From assembly GCA_965153355.1 (NCBI GenBank), contig OZ231126.1, positions 30,194,001 through 30,258,000 of the forward strand: a stretch of DNA of 64,000 bases, written 5' to 3'. Shown here one piece after another: positions 29,113 through 42,200 of the stretch. The stretch comes from Flaccisagitta enflata (lineage: Eukaryota). The position numbers and the translations under genes are program-made. Each line of letters opens with the position of its first letter. The stretch's first letter is position 1. The notes below the pieces were generated by a model. That model was not told where the DNA came from, ran no database searches, and worked only from the letters and a program-made list of their open reading frames with translations.

Positions 29113-29514
29113 CAGAGGTAGGAGAAATATAAGATGTGAACGCCCCTAAAACTGTAGCACCCCCCCTTACAGATCAAACTACAGTAATAAATAGTGAATT
29201 GAATGTTGTTAATTAAAGTTTGTTAGTGTACAAGTGGCGCCACCAGAGCGATTTTGCAATTTCCATTCCAGTCTCAAATTATAATATAAAATCCTTGATT
29301 TTATGAACTTTTAATAATAGTTAATTTTAATGCTTTATTAAGCTATATCTTGACTTAAAAAGCAAAATTTAAAAATCGCTCTGGTGACGCCACTTGCATT
29401 GATATAAACATTCTACCTCTATCTTTAAAATGTCTTTAATTTAATCGGCTAGAGCTGTAGGTGGGGGTGCTACAGTTTTCAGGGGGTTCACACCTTATAT
29501 TAACCTTTTCTCTG
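29113..29514. mobile_element. Tc1/mariner-type MITE
   Basis: TA-flanked (TA|CAGAG ... CTCTG|TA), with long imperfect inverted repeats including AAAACTGTAGCACCCCC / GGGGGTGCTACAGTTTT and internal palindromic arms. Confidence 0.7.
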
Positions 29515-30879
29515 TAGTTAGCAAGGGAGCTAGAAAAGAAGGGGTATGACCTTATATGGGTAGGGAGGGAGGTTGGAAGGTAACACGATTTTTGACACGA
29601 TGTTTAAGGTTTCTCTCTACATCTCTTCATATCTCAATCCATCCTTCTTCTATTCCATACTGGTTTTTAGTTGCGGACACGCAACTCTATAAGAGGCTTT
29701 GTCCGTCCGTCGGTCCGTTGGTCCGTCCGTCGGTCATGGTGATCGAGTTGGAAAGTGTGGAAACGCGCATTTCCGCCCCTGCCCACCCGTCCGCAACTGG
29801 TATTGGCCATGTATCCGGCCTTGTTGTTAGTTGCGTTCCTTCCCTTTTTATTGTCCCTTTTTCAAACCCCCTCCCAACCTTACACATCTGACTTCCTTCT
29901 TTCTTCTGTTTCGCTTTTTTACGCTTCTCTTGCTGTTCATCTACGTGCATTTTATCACCCGCGCAATGGTTCATCTATGCCACCGATCGCGTGTTGCACG
30001 GGCCCCTCACGGCACACGAGTTCACATCTTTTGAGAATGTCTTTTTATGTACGGAGTAACGCACTTTTCAGACGGAGAATATCTCGTTTGTCTTTCCGTT
30101 TTTTGTGTCTCTTCCTCTGTCTTTCTCTGTCCCGGCATTTCTGGTGGCAAACTCCTCCTCAAATCATGCACAGTCGCCTACAATCTTAAACTCTTTTTTG
30201 CATTTCTAATGGCTTTTTCCTCAACTCCTCCTCACGTTACTTTTCTCCTCTTCAGAGATATTTCTCTCCACACGCCGCCTAAGAGTCAAAGCGTCTCAAC
30301 TACTCAGAGATGCAGGTTTCAAGGCTTAGTAAGATTCGAGAAGAGATATTCCAAGTGGCTTGCATCTTTGCAACCATCTGCCCTGCATTGCGCTTATCAG
30401 GTGTTTGTGATGACAAAACACGATATCACGAGCTTACATTTTCTTGAGGATGTAGCATCAAACCCTAAAAGAGTGAAGATATTTGGCAACAAGTTGATAC
30501 ACCTACCCACAAAGCTCGAGACATAACCACGATTTATACAATAACGTGTGCGCGATAACACGTAAGACAAAGTAGTTTGTAATTTATGGGAGAAAAACAT
30601 GCTACATGTAGGTTAGACATTCCACTAAATGGCGTCATAGCAATTCATCGAAACTTTCACTTTCAAAGTGTCATTAGCTGTAGAGTTCTTTTTCCGAAAC
30701 CACAAACCTCGTGAAACTACTTTTCAAAAGTAAGAAAACATAACTGTGAGTGAAGTGAAAAGAAGAAGAGAACAGAGAAGAAAATGATAATGGAAAGGTG
30801 GAAATAAAAGAAGGGCATAAAGAACGAAAAGAAGAGATATTGCATTCTTTTTACTCTGTCTTTCCCTATCTCTGTCAAA

Positions 30880-30984
<105 letters not shown>

Positions 30985-31340
30985 GCAGTTGGACAGAAAG
31001 ACAGACAGCAGTTACGGGGACGCACAGGCAAAGGGCGAGAGAGACAGACACAGAGACGTAGCGGATGTTTTTCAATTTCGATTTCATCGTCTGATGGCTT
31101 TTGAAAACGCGTCTGCTACGTGCGTGTTTTGCGTGCTTTGCGTTTTGTGTTTTGTGATTCCTTATTTCTGTAAACCTCGAAGTATCTTGCCAAATGATCT
31201 TGGGCACCACTGAAAAAAAAAATTGGTCTAGCATGTTGCGCGTTTTCTATGTTTCAATGATTTCTTTTTCTCTTTTTATTTAAAAAAGAAAGTTCCCAAT
31301 GAGTATTATAGGTGTGCCATGGATATTTGTAAATTTTATA

Positions 31341-31929
31341 CAGGGTGTACCAACTCAGTTGTAACATAAAAAATCGATAGATCTCAGCTTCTAGAAAAGA
31401 TAACCCCATTCTGAAAAAAGCTAAAAAAAAAACCACATTTGAAAAAAAACCTCAATTTTCATAGGCATGAATCTAGCAAATATCATAGTAATTTATCAAA
31501 AAATTGTATATTTTTCTAGGAATTCGCTTTCACTATGTAGGATATCTTTAATTTGAATCCAACTCCATATGTTTTGTCAAATTATTTACAGATAAGAGCT
31601 AAACAAAGATTGATCATCATAGGTGATCAATAAACAATAGCAAAATGATAGCAAAATGGCTTATACTTCCATGTCATTTTTCCATGATTGTTGATGCCTT
31701 CCCATCATTTTTCTTTTACTGAGCAAAAATCGTTTTTCAAAAGCTCTTTAGAACTATTTTCAGAATTAGATTATCTTCTTCAGAAGCAGAGATTCATAGA
31801 TTCTTAGATTCTTAGATTCTTAGATTCTTAGATTCTTAGATTCTTAGATTCTTAGATTCTTACATTCTTGGGTTCTTAGATTCTTAAATTTTTAGATTCT
31901 GTATGTTACAACTGAGTTGGTACACCCTG
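31341..31929. mobile_element. Tc1/mariner-type MITE
   Basis: TA TSD, perfect 28-bp TIRs CAGGGTGTACCAACTCAGTTGTAACATA and an internal (TTCTTAGA)n tract. Confidence 0.8.
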
Positions 31930-33674
31930 TATGACCAGATTATTTTTTCCCCAAAAATGAAGTTAGTCAAAAACAGACATAAGATGTTTCGCCTTCAATC
32001 AAACGTCATCATTTTCAGTGCCTTAAAAGGAATTCTGAGTTGAATATCTTTTTAAAAAAAGATCATTTACAGCCTAAATTCATGATAGCAAGCAAAAGCA
32101 AATTATCCACTAAAATAGACACGACCGAAACCACTTTATAAATGAGAAATTGTTTCTCCAGCGTCGACGTCAAAAATACATTATCTTTAGTAGTATTCAT
32201 TTTTCCGTCTTCCTAATTGCATCATTCTTCCCTTTCTTGTTCTTAGTCGCGTTCTGAGTCATGTTCTTGGTCGCGGACACGTTGCTGCGTCGGACAGTCA
32301 CTCTTACAGTCGGTCTCTTTATATCCAGCATATTTCCTTTGTTATCAATTTTTCCATCAATTTTCTTGACTTGTGGCTTCAAGGCCCTCTAGATGGATTC
32401 TTATTTATTTCATTCTTTTCGTTTTTACCCTCTTACAGCTTTCCCTAGCCACCATTTGTTAAACATCATTTGTCATTTATCAACTTTTTCACTCTTTCTT
32501 CTTTTTTTTCTGATTTATTTTCTCTCTCTCTTGTTCATCATTCTTGATATTCTATGATTTCTGTAAGTGCCGATGGTTAATCCGTGGGTCCATACATCCG
32601 ATTTCTAATTTCTTAACGAAAAAGAACCAACACCTTACAGTCTGCAAAGAAGAAGGTAGAAGAGGCAACATATTTAGATCCGGGCGATCTCTTTGTTACG
32701 ATTCAATCAATACATGGATTCAAAATTCAATGGCATCACAGTTCACGTTTCAATCAAAAGACTATAAACTAATTACATGTTAACGTCGTAGCCAATTCAA
32801 AGATGACAGATGCAATCAGGGAATCTCCTTTTAAGGCGAGGGTTAAATGATAGACGAGCGCGTAATTTGCATAAGTGGACCCCAGAGATATATGCATATA
32901 TGACGCAATGATTGCAGTCGCGTGCGGTTGTTAAGACCAAAAGACTAAAAGATATACTTCGTTCATTATGTGCACAGTCTGGTTTAAGTCTGGTTTAAGT
33001 CTGGTTTTAAGTCTGGTTTAAGTCTGGTTTAAGTCCGGATTAAGGAGTCTGGATTAAGCCAATAAGAGTGATACAATAAGAAATCAGGTCAATTCAGTTA
33101 TCTTTGTCTCATACGAGAGAAAGAGGAAAGGGATAGAGTGAAAGATTGAAAAAAGTATGAGCAGAAAGGAAAGAAAGGAAGGTAAGAAAGGTAAGAAAGG
33201 AAAGGAAGGAATGAAAAGAAAAGAAGGAATGAAAAGAAAGGAAAAGAAGGAAAGAAAGGAAAGGAAGGAAAGGCAGGAGAGGAAGGTGGTGGTGATATTG
33301 GTGGTGGTGGTGGTGGTGGTTGATTGATTGGTTGGTGATTATTGGTCAATTAGTGATTGATTGAATTGATTGAACAGGGTGATTGATTAGGGTGGTCGAT
33401 TGATTGATTGATTGATCAGTTCCTTAAGAATCCATGAAGGAGCGAATCTTTGAAAAGAGAAATGAATGAATGAATGAATGAATAAATGAATGAATGAATG
33501 AATGAATGAATGAATGAATGAATGAATGAATGAATGAATGAATGAGTGAATAAATGAACGAATGAATGAATGAAGAAAATGAAAAACACGCCACTAAACA
33601 AATTGTGTAAATATACTTTGATCTTATCGCCGGATGGCAATCAAAAACTTCTTCGTTCGACCCACAATGACTAG

Positions 33675-33862
<188 letters not shown>

Positions 33863-33996
33863 ACTCTCTCTCTCTCTCTCTCTCTCTCTTGCTTTTTTCT
33901 TAACCCGTTATTTATCTTCTCTTATTACAACAAAACATGATCTTCTTCTTGATTCCACTGTTACAACACATCCTCCCAGCTCATTCAGAGAGCAAG

Positions 33997-34069
<73 letters not shown>

Positions 34070-34149
34070 TTGATACAGATACAGATACAGACAAACAGTA
34101 GGAGAGACAGATGCAGACAGGCAGACAGAAAGACACTAGACAGACAGGA

Positions 34150-34238
<89 letters not shown>

Positions 34239-34725
34239 AACAGACAGACAGACAATCCGCAAAAGATATGTTTTCATGGAAGAGCGATGAAATGGAGCTG
34301 CAGCCTGAGGAAACCACACCCCACAACAATGGCAACCACAGCCACGGCCTACGGGAGGCCACAGGAAGCTTTATCTAGAAAGTCACAGGAAGCCATAGGA
34401 AGCCTGGAGGACAACCAATAAAACAGAACAAGTAAATAAACCAGGAGAAACGTCACTCCATATACGTAATTCTTTGCATTATGAGCAGAGTAGGCAACCT
34501 TTGAACCTTTTTCTGTTGGTAGATTTTGAAAAATTACTATAAAATTACGAGTCAATTATATTCTGATATACATATATAGACATGGAGAAAATAAGCCTGG
34601 AATGTGAACTCCCATCTATCAAGATGTCTGTTTCTTTTTAGGTGCGCCAAAAGGCTGAGTCCGTCGGTTGGTTAGTCTTTTGGTCGGGTAACGCATTCAT
34701 ACGACGATCCACCCGGCGCAACTTA

Positions 34726-35487
34726 CACCGTCTTTAGATCGATTTGAAAAATGTTAAACCTTTATAACTCCTAAACTACTGGGCAAAAAGTCTTCAAATT
34801 TTCAGTGAACATTGCTAACATGTGACGGTTTTATTATGTAAAAGCCTAAACATAGATAATGAATAATTGGGGTACAGCAAAACCCTGAAAAATGGTCTTT
34901 TTTTAAAGCAAAATAAACCTTTTTTCATCATTTTTTAAAAGAAGCTGTCCTTTTGCTACCTATCAACTCCAAATGAATTAAACTAGAACCCCAAAAACAC
35001 TAGTAGACTAATGATGAACATTCAAACACTTCCATTTTGCTTGAAAATCTACTGATTTTCATTAGTTTTGAAAATATTATAATGATTTTTATGTTTGCCA
35101 CTCATGATTTTGTAGAAAATAACCTAAAATTTGTGAAAATTCCGCAAAGTATCCATTTTCTCTCAAATTTATCAGCAAATGTGCTTTCTACAACTAGTTA
35201 CCAATCAATTGTTACCAATGCCAACATTTTAGTTTGATTTGTTTGGAAATGGCAAGCAGAAAAAAACAGCTCCTTTGAAAAAAGTGAAGGAAAAATTCAC
35301 CAAGGCTTATAAAGACTGATTCTTTCAGTGTTTTGCTGTGCTCCAATTATTCAGTACTCTTATCTAAGGTTTTGCACAACAAAACCGTCACATATTAGCA
35401 ATGTTCACTGAAAATTTGAAGACTTTTAGCCAAGCAGTTTAGGAATTATAAAGGTTTAACATTTTTCAGTTCGATCTAAAGACGGTG
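34726..35487. mobile_element. Tc1/mariner-type foldback MITE inserted into a short interspersed repeat
   Basis: TA TSD and long imperfect TIRs starting CACCGTCTTTAGATCGA and ending TCGATCTAAAGACGGTG. Confidence 0.75.
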
Positions 35488-36153
35488 TATTGGCCTACTT
35501 GGCCTTGTTTTTAGTCGCGGACACGCAATTCTATAACGGCGTTGTCCGTCTGTTAGGTCCGTCCCTCTCTCCCTTTGTTGGTCTGTTGGTACGGATTCAT
35601 TTTGTGTATGTTTGTGTGTGGGTTGGGGGTTAAGATAGGGACGGAAGTTGGACGCCCCAGCCCACCCTTCCGCAACGATATTGTGACCCCGCGTCACTTG
35701 TTTCATTGAATAAGATCGACTTTTACATAGGATAGAGAATTCCAATACATCCACTCTCGCTCCAGTACATCTTCTCTACATCTTCTTCAATCTTAAGCCT
35801 TGTTTGCACTTCTTCTCTGCCTTCTTCATCTCCTCTTACACTCCATCTTCCTTTTCCTCCTCCTCCTCCTCCTCCTCCTCCTCCTCCTCCTCCTCCTCAA
35901 GCTCCTCGGCGGCGCGTCGTTATCTTTTGTTTTTCGTGCCTGTTTTCAACAACAAGGCTAGATTAGTGAGATGCCCAGAGAGATAAGGTCAAAAGCTTTC
36001 TTTGATGTCCTTTGATACCGTCTTTGTCTCATCTTGTGCTCATCTGACATCTCATCTCAACTGACATCTCATCTCAACTAACATCACTCCGCGGATCTGA
36101 ATAAATTCTGAATATCATATGTCGATCCTTAAATCCTTCTTACTGGAATATAT

Positions 36154-36287
<134 letters not shown>

Positions 36288-36438
36288 CACAGATAGACAC
36301 ATAGATTGACAGACAGACCCAGAGACAGAGAGACCCACACACAGGTAGACAGACAGACAGACTGACTTACAGATAAAGGCAAAGATAGAGAGACAGAGGG
36401 ACGGAGACATCAAGTCGAAAACTTAGAAACACAGAGAT

Positions 36439-36585
<147 letters not shown>

Positions 36586-37298
36586 CCGTGCGTGCGTGCG
36601 TGTGTGTGTGTGACCGCATGCGTGTTTTTGTCGATCTTTTTTTGTTTTGTTTTTTTTTTTCAAATCTGTGTCTAGTAAATTGATAAACCAAATTTTCTTT
36701 TGTCGTTTAATGTTTAACTTTTTGTCTTTCATTTAGTCACTTGTCATCATGGAATCAATCGGTCATCATTTCCATTTCGTAATTGGTTTAATTGCCAACC
36801 AACATGGAAGCTTGTTTTCTTACGCCTGTGGCAACGTAACGAACAGACTAAAATCAAGCGTTACATTTGGGCCATGAACTGTCCTAATGTATCCTCATTT
36901 GGAGGGAGAGCTAATTCTATGGACAGACAAATGCCATAAAGAATGCCATAAAGCAAGGGTAATGAACCGTTTAAAATCAAAGTGCCATAAAACAAAATGT
37001 GTTTTGGAGTTAAAAGGATGAGTCAGAGTTGATTAGAAACGCAGAGCATATTAGTATAGACTCATATAGACGCATACGCTAAGAGACGACCTTTCTAGAG
37101 TTAATATCATTAGTTTCAACTTTGGGCTAACCGTCTGCTCATACATCCCACAGTCCATCATCCGCAAATACTGTAATTTTCTTTTTTTGAGGGGGGGGGG
37201 GGTTAGCCGTTCGTCTGTCAGTCTACCCCATTACACAATACACACACACACACACACTCACAGAAAAACGAAAACAACCACAACAACAAACACAAACG

Positions 37299-37402
<104 letters not shown>

Positions 37403-38395
37403 GATATAAGCATACACAAAAGTTCTCTTCAAAGCCTCAGAGTCTTTATCTATTCCATTCAACTTTCATTTTTCCCTTTCCTTCTTGGGTGCATTCACCA
37501 AAGAATACTACTCGACTCAATAAAAAATCCACACTTTAAAAAAAAAAATTTATGTTTAATTTTGAAATAAAATATCAAACTCTTAAACCATTAGAAAGCT
37601 CTTGAAAAGATTTTGAAAAGATCTTGAAAAAATCTCGAAAAGATATTAAGCTCCAATCTGACAACTCTAACTTTTCTTCTAACTAATTTAATAATGACAT
37701 GAGAAAGAGTAAAACTATTGTCATTATCAGTTTCACAATGTTATTGAAAAATGAGCTTTTTTACAAAGATCACTTTGACAAGCTCTAGTTCCTAAAACGT
37801 TTGAGATACAGACCTGGGATTTGTCTAGAAAAAAGTAAGATTGTTAGATTGTTAGATAGTTAGATTGTTTTTTGTCTTTTTGATCAACCCAAAATAGGGT
37901 GCGGTTTTTTTTTTAGTCGAGTAGTAGATTTAAAGAAACGCGATATATCCAGTCTCCAATATCCAATGATTAGCTTGTTTGTTTGAAAGGCAAGTGTGCA
38001 AGTGTGGATATGTGCATGAGCATCGTGCAGTAACTGAGCGTTTTCTGCACTGTTAAAAACGGTATCATAAACATGCCAAACTTCATACATCAAACTTTTT
38101 TTTCAATAACACAGTCTCATTTCTTTGAATGATATGAATGATATGAAATAAGAGGGGTAATGTTCTTTTATTATTTTCTTCTTTACACAAACAATATTCC
38201 CTTATGGGCATGTTTGCTAAAATGCGAGTCTACGTATTACGTCAAACCTATTATAATAGATGCAGCCGCAGAAAATCAATAATGACCTATGAAACCAATC
38301 TTGAGCCTGAGAGCGAACGAATCCTTTTTCTCCTCCTTTAGTGCATCCTCTTTCATGGTTTTTATTCGCCTGCTTTTAATCAATACACTTTCTTG

Positions 38396-38771
38396 TTTTT
38401 AGTCGCGTGCACGCGACTCTACAACCCGCTTTGTCGGTCCGTCGGTCAGTCCATCCGTCGGTCCGTCCGTCCGTCGGTCCGTCCGTCACACTTTACTTTT
38501 TTGTACTATAACGTCAACTCTTAGGTCATTTTAAGTCATTTTAAGTCATTTATAGTTATTCTAAGTCATTTTGAGTCAGTCTAAGTCATTTTAAGTCATT
38601 TTAAGTCATTTTAAGTTATTTTAAGTTATTTTTGGTTTTTTGGTTTTTTAGTCATTTTAAGTCAATTTTGGTCATTTTAGGTCATTCTAAGTCATTGAAA
38701 GTCATTCTAAGTCATTCTAAGTCACTCTTTGTCTGTAAGTCTCGCACGCGACTTATAGGTGTTGGCCTTGT
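38396..38771. mobile_element. Short Helentron/HINE-like interspersed repeat (family with many copies in the window)
   Basis: TTTTT start, hairpin AGTCGCGTGCACGCGACT, (GTCC/GGTC)n tract, repeated CGCACGCGACT and GGCCTTGTT end. Relatives lie near 18046, 21325-21474 (-), 29664-29824 and 35507-35703. Confidence 0.55.
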
Positions 38772-38852
38772 TTCATTTGAAAGTAAAAGCATAAAAAAAT
38801 TGCGAGCATCGCCATTTTCCCGAATGTAAATAGAATGAGTCATTGGTACATG

Positions 38853-38961
<109 letters not shown>

Positions 38962-39018
38962 CAGACAGACAGAGACAGAGACAGAGAGACAGAGAGACAG
39001 AGACAGAGACAGAGACAG

Positions 39019-39051
39019 NNNNNNNNNNNNNNNNNNNNNNNNNNNNNNNNN
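39019..39051. other. Assembly gap (33 N)
   Basis: Run of N directly after an (AG)n/(AGAC)n tract. Confidence 1.
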
Positions 39052-39243
39052 TTACTCTACACCTTGGTCCATCCGTCTGTCCTTCCATAACATTTTTGAA
39101 TTGCAATTGCATTACTGCTCCGGCCCAACCGTCCGCGACTGGATTGCCGTGTATCCGGCCTCATTGCTCAATACCTAACATGCACCTAGTAGTGGAGCCT
39201 AATTGTAATCGTATCAATGTAAAAGAAGGTAAAATTCTCTCAC

Positions 39244-42200
39244 CGGTCTTCCTCTTCGGTGTAGTTCTTGCCCTTGTTGGTGCCGTATTGTAGTCTCAAT
39301 TGGTGGAAGGGAGCTCGATATCTGGCCATCTTCGCGTCGAGGGCTTTCTTAATGGAGATCCTTCGTTGAATCTTGGCCTCTCCGCGTTCGATTTGAGCCA
39401 TGATTTTGTCGTAGTCTGTTAACTCGTTGCAACGATCCCAAAACACCGAACTGTATTCCATCACTTCTTCCGGCGTCTTCCCTTCCACATCCTGAAAGGC
39501 AAAAAGGTGTAGGCAGGATTCTCAGATGGTTGCTCCGTCGGTCAGACTTTGGTGTGTAGTCCATGTCCGGCGTTTTCTTTTCATCACTGACCAAACTCAT
39601 AGTCCGCTACCTTCTCGCATGCGACACAGTGCCTTAAATCTAGTCTTAGGCTGAAATGGGCTTCCATAACGTCTTCGTATAGTTCAGTTTGCCTAAAGAG
39701 AACTATTACTCCACCTAGTTATACCTGTGAGATGTTGTCGATATCATCCCTGCCCCATTTTTCGTTGGCTTTGATAAACTGATTGAAGTCGCGTTTGTTC
39801 CAGTTGGTGAATCCTTGCGTGAGGAGTTGCTCCTTCTCCTCGGCCTCCTCGTCATTGAGGACTTCCGCTTCGTCGATTTTCCGTTGCTCTTCCTTCTGCT
39901 TCTTGGCCGCTTCCGCCGAGGGCAAGTCGGGATCGCGCGGGACTGAGTGAAAGATATATGGAAACTTTTATTGACTGAATGATGGAAAAAGTCACGAGCA
40001 CACCGTCTTGAGAATAAATATTTCTTCCTGAAATGTTTTTCTTAGTCGCGGAGTAATTGTATGTGTGGATATTGATCGACATCGATATCCGGTAGTAGCT
40101 CCTTTGGCACAGTCGAATTGCTCAATCGACAAAACAAAAGAGCAGGCCAACCGTGCCAATCCATGCAATGCTCGCTTGTAATGCCATCGAGAAGATCACC
40201 ACGAAGCTGACGGCAATAGTGCCGGAAAAACGAGCGAGCGCACGCTCAGTCAGCATGGAGAATATCTACATGAAGGCGCTGCGACGCGAATGCGACCGAA
40301 ATCAATATGGGATGTGTCGAAACCGGCGGCGCTGTAATGTCCGCGCAACGAAAGGAAGCGCGAAACACGCCCGTAAGACTAGCATGGCATGATCGCAAGA
40401 ACAGCACCTGTTAAAAGCTTACAGGCAAAAGGATGAAGGGTGGACATTTTCAATATCTCTGAGAGAGGAGAAAGGAAAATGAGCTGAGGATTATGCTTTA
40501 GACAATAAATAATCCAATGGGAACCCCCCCCCCCATATGTTATACATATGGGAAGGAGAGATATACGATAACCTGAAGAGTATCTCTTACAAAGAATAAA
40601 AGGGAAAAAAACATGATGGAGGGAGGAATGAGACCAATCCACTCCGCCTAATGAGCAGTCTTTCCAGGGCGGTAACCTGAGAAATAGTCATAATTTATCT
40701 GGCGGCGCAAAAATAAAACACAAAGGAAAGACCAAAGGGAACAGGTCTGACCGATTTACAAGTCAAAATGGAGCGAATTCCATTTACAACGAAGACTCCT
40801 TTGAGAAATAATCTAAATTATTATGAAAGTACAGGGCAAAAGTCACCCGCGGGAGGGAGAGATGGAGAGCGATTCCCAAACCAACACCCCCCCCTCTTTC
40901 TTTTCCCAAGAAAAGGAGAAGTACAACCTTCGAGGCTCATGATCTCAAAGGGCTAAGAGCCGGAAAAAATATTAACCATAATATTTACATTACATTCTAC
41001 ATACATGTAAGGGAAGGAAGTAGAATGTTAAAGCCATACTTTTTGCACACAACTCCTGAAAAGAGAGGAGGCTAAGAAAGGGAGGCCACTGTCTTGGATC
41101 TGAGAGAGGTAAGGCAGTGGGGAAAATGTGTTACAACTAATGAGAAACAACAGTAGTTCAACAACAGATCGTCCATGAACTAATGGTCATGAACAAGGTC
41201 AAGAATATGACAAACAGAATAAGCTCAGATTCTTAAGGGAACCTTAATGGAACGATATCCATTAACTTCTAAGATCTCCTGAGAGGAACAATCAAAATGA
41301 TTATGACAGAAGCAAACTGATGCCACCTGAAAAAAGGCACATTGCTTAGAAGGGGGGCATCAAAGGAATATTGTCAATTACGACGAAGATTCCCTGTGAA
41401 AAAAACAATCGAAATGATTATGATAGTATGAAGCAGGAGCCATCCAAAGGTGGCCTACAGCTTGAAGGGGCATTCCCCTAGGGGAAAAAGCCTATCCCAA
41501 TCGAGAAAATTTCTGCAAGAATCGATCAAAAAGGACTAAAATTTTAAAACGGCAGGATCCGCTCAGAGGGAGGGGATACTCAGCTAAAAATGGCATCCAC
41601 AATGGGAGATGCCCATCCATCTTTTGGGAATTTCTGTGAGAAATTGTTAAAAGGATGAAAATTTAAGTAGAACCGCCAAAAGAGGCGGTTAGCCCAGCTG
41701 CCAATGACGAATACCGTCTGAAGATGTAAAAGACATCTTGCAGAAACTCCCAACCTAAAAGAGTTAGGGGGGAAAAGAAGCGTTAGACGGAGAAAAGATG
41801 GGCAGAAGGCCCATTGAAGATGTTTCTGAAAGAACCAACTCAATAAAACAAATTTTAGCCCATAGGATCCACCCTAGAGGGTGGGGGCACATAGCGCTCA
41901 TCAACAAATACCGTCCAAGAAGATGCGAAATGAAAACATCTTCCTGACCACAATCCAACCTAAAACAAATTGGGGCGGATACGCAATCAAGACCTAGAAA
42001 TAATAGGGATTGATAAAATGAGCACCCAAGGGCTAAAATCTTGGACAGGATTATCATAAGGCAAGAGATAGACCTGACTCAGTCAAATTAATCTTTTCCT
42101 AAGGAAAATAATAATAATACCGTCCATTCAAGATTTGAATCAAAAAGAAAAACAGGAATGACGGAAACCGGCCCTGGTCCAGGGGGGGTACGCAGGGTAC

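Noticed and set aside
32977-33060. (GTCTGGTTTAA)n as an interstitial telomere
   Set aside because: It is a short 11-mer minisatellite that does not match a telomere repeat I recognise.
41165-41185. FMDDLLL on the minus strand as an RT active-site motif
   Set aside because: It has no surrounding RT motifs and lies downstream of the putative YR remnant, so it is probably chance.
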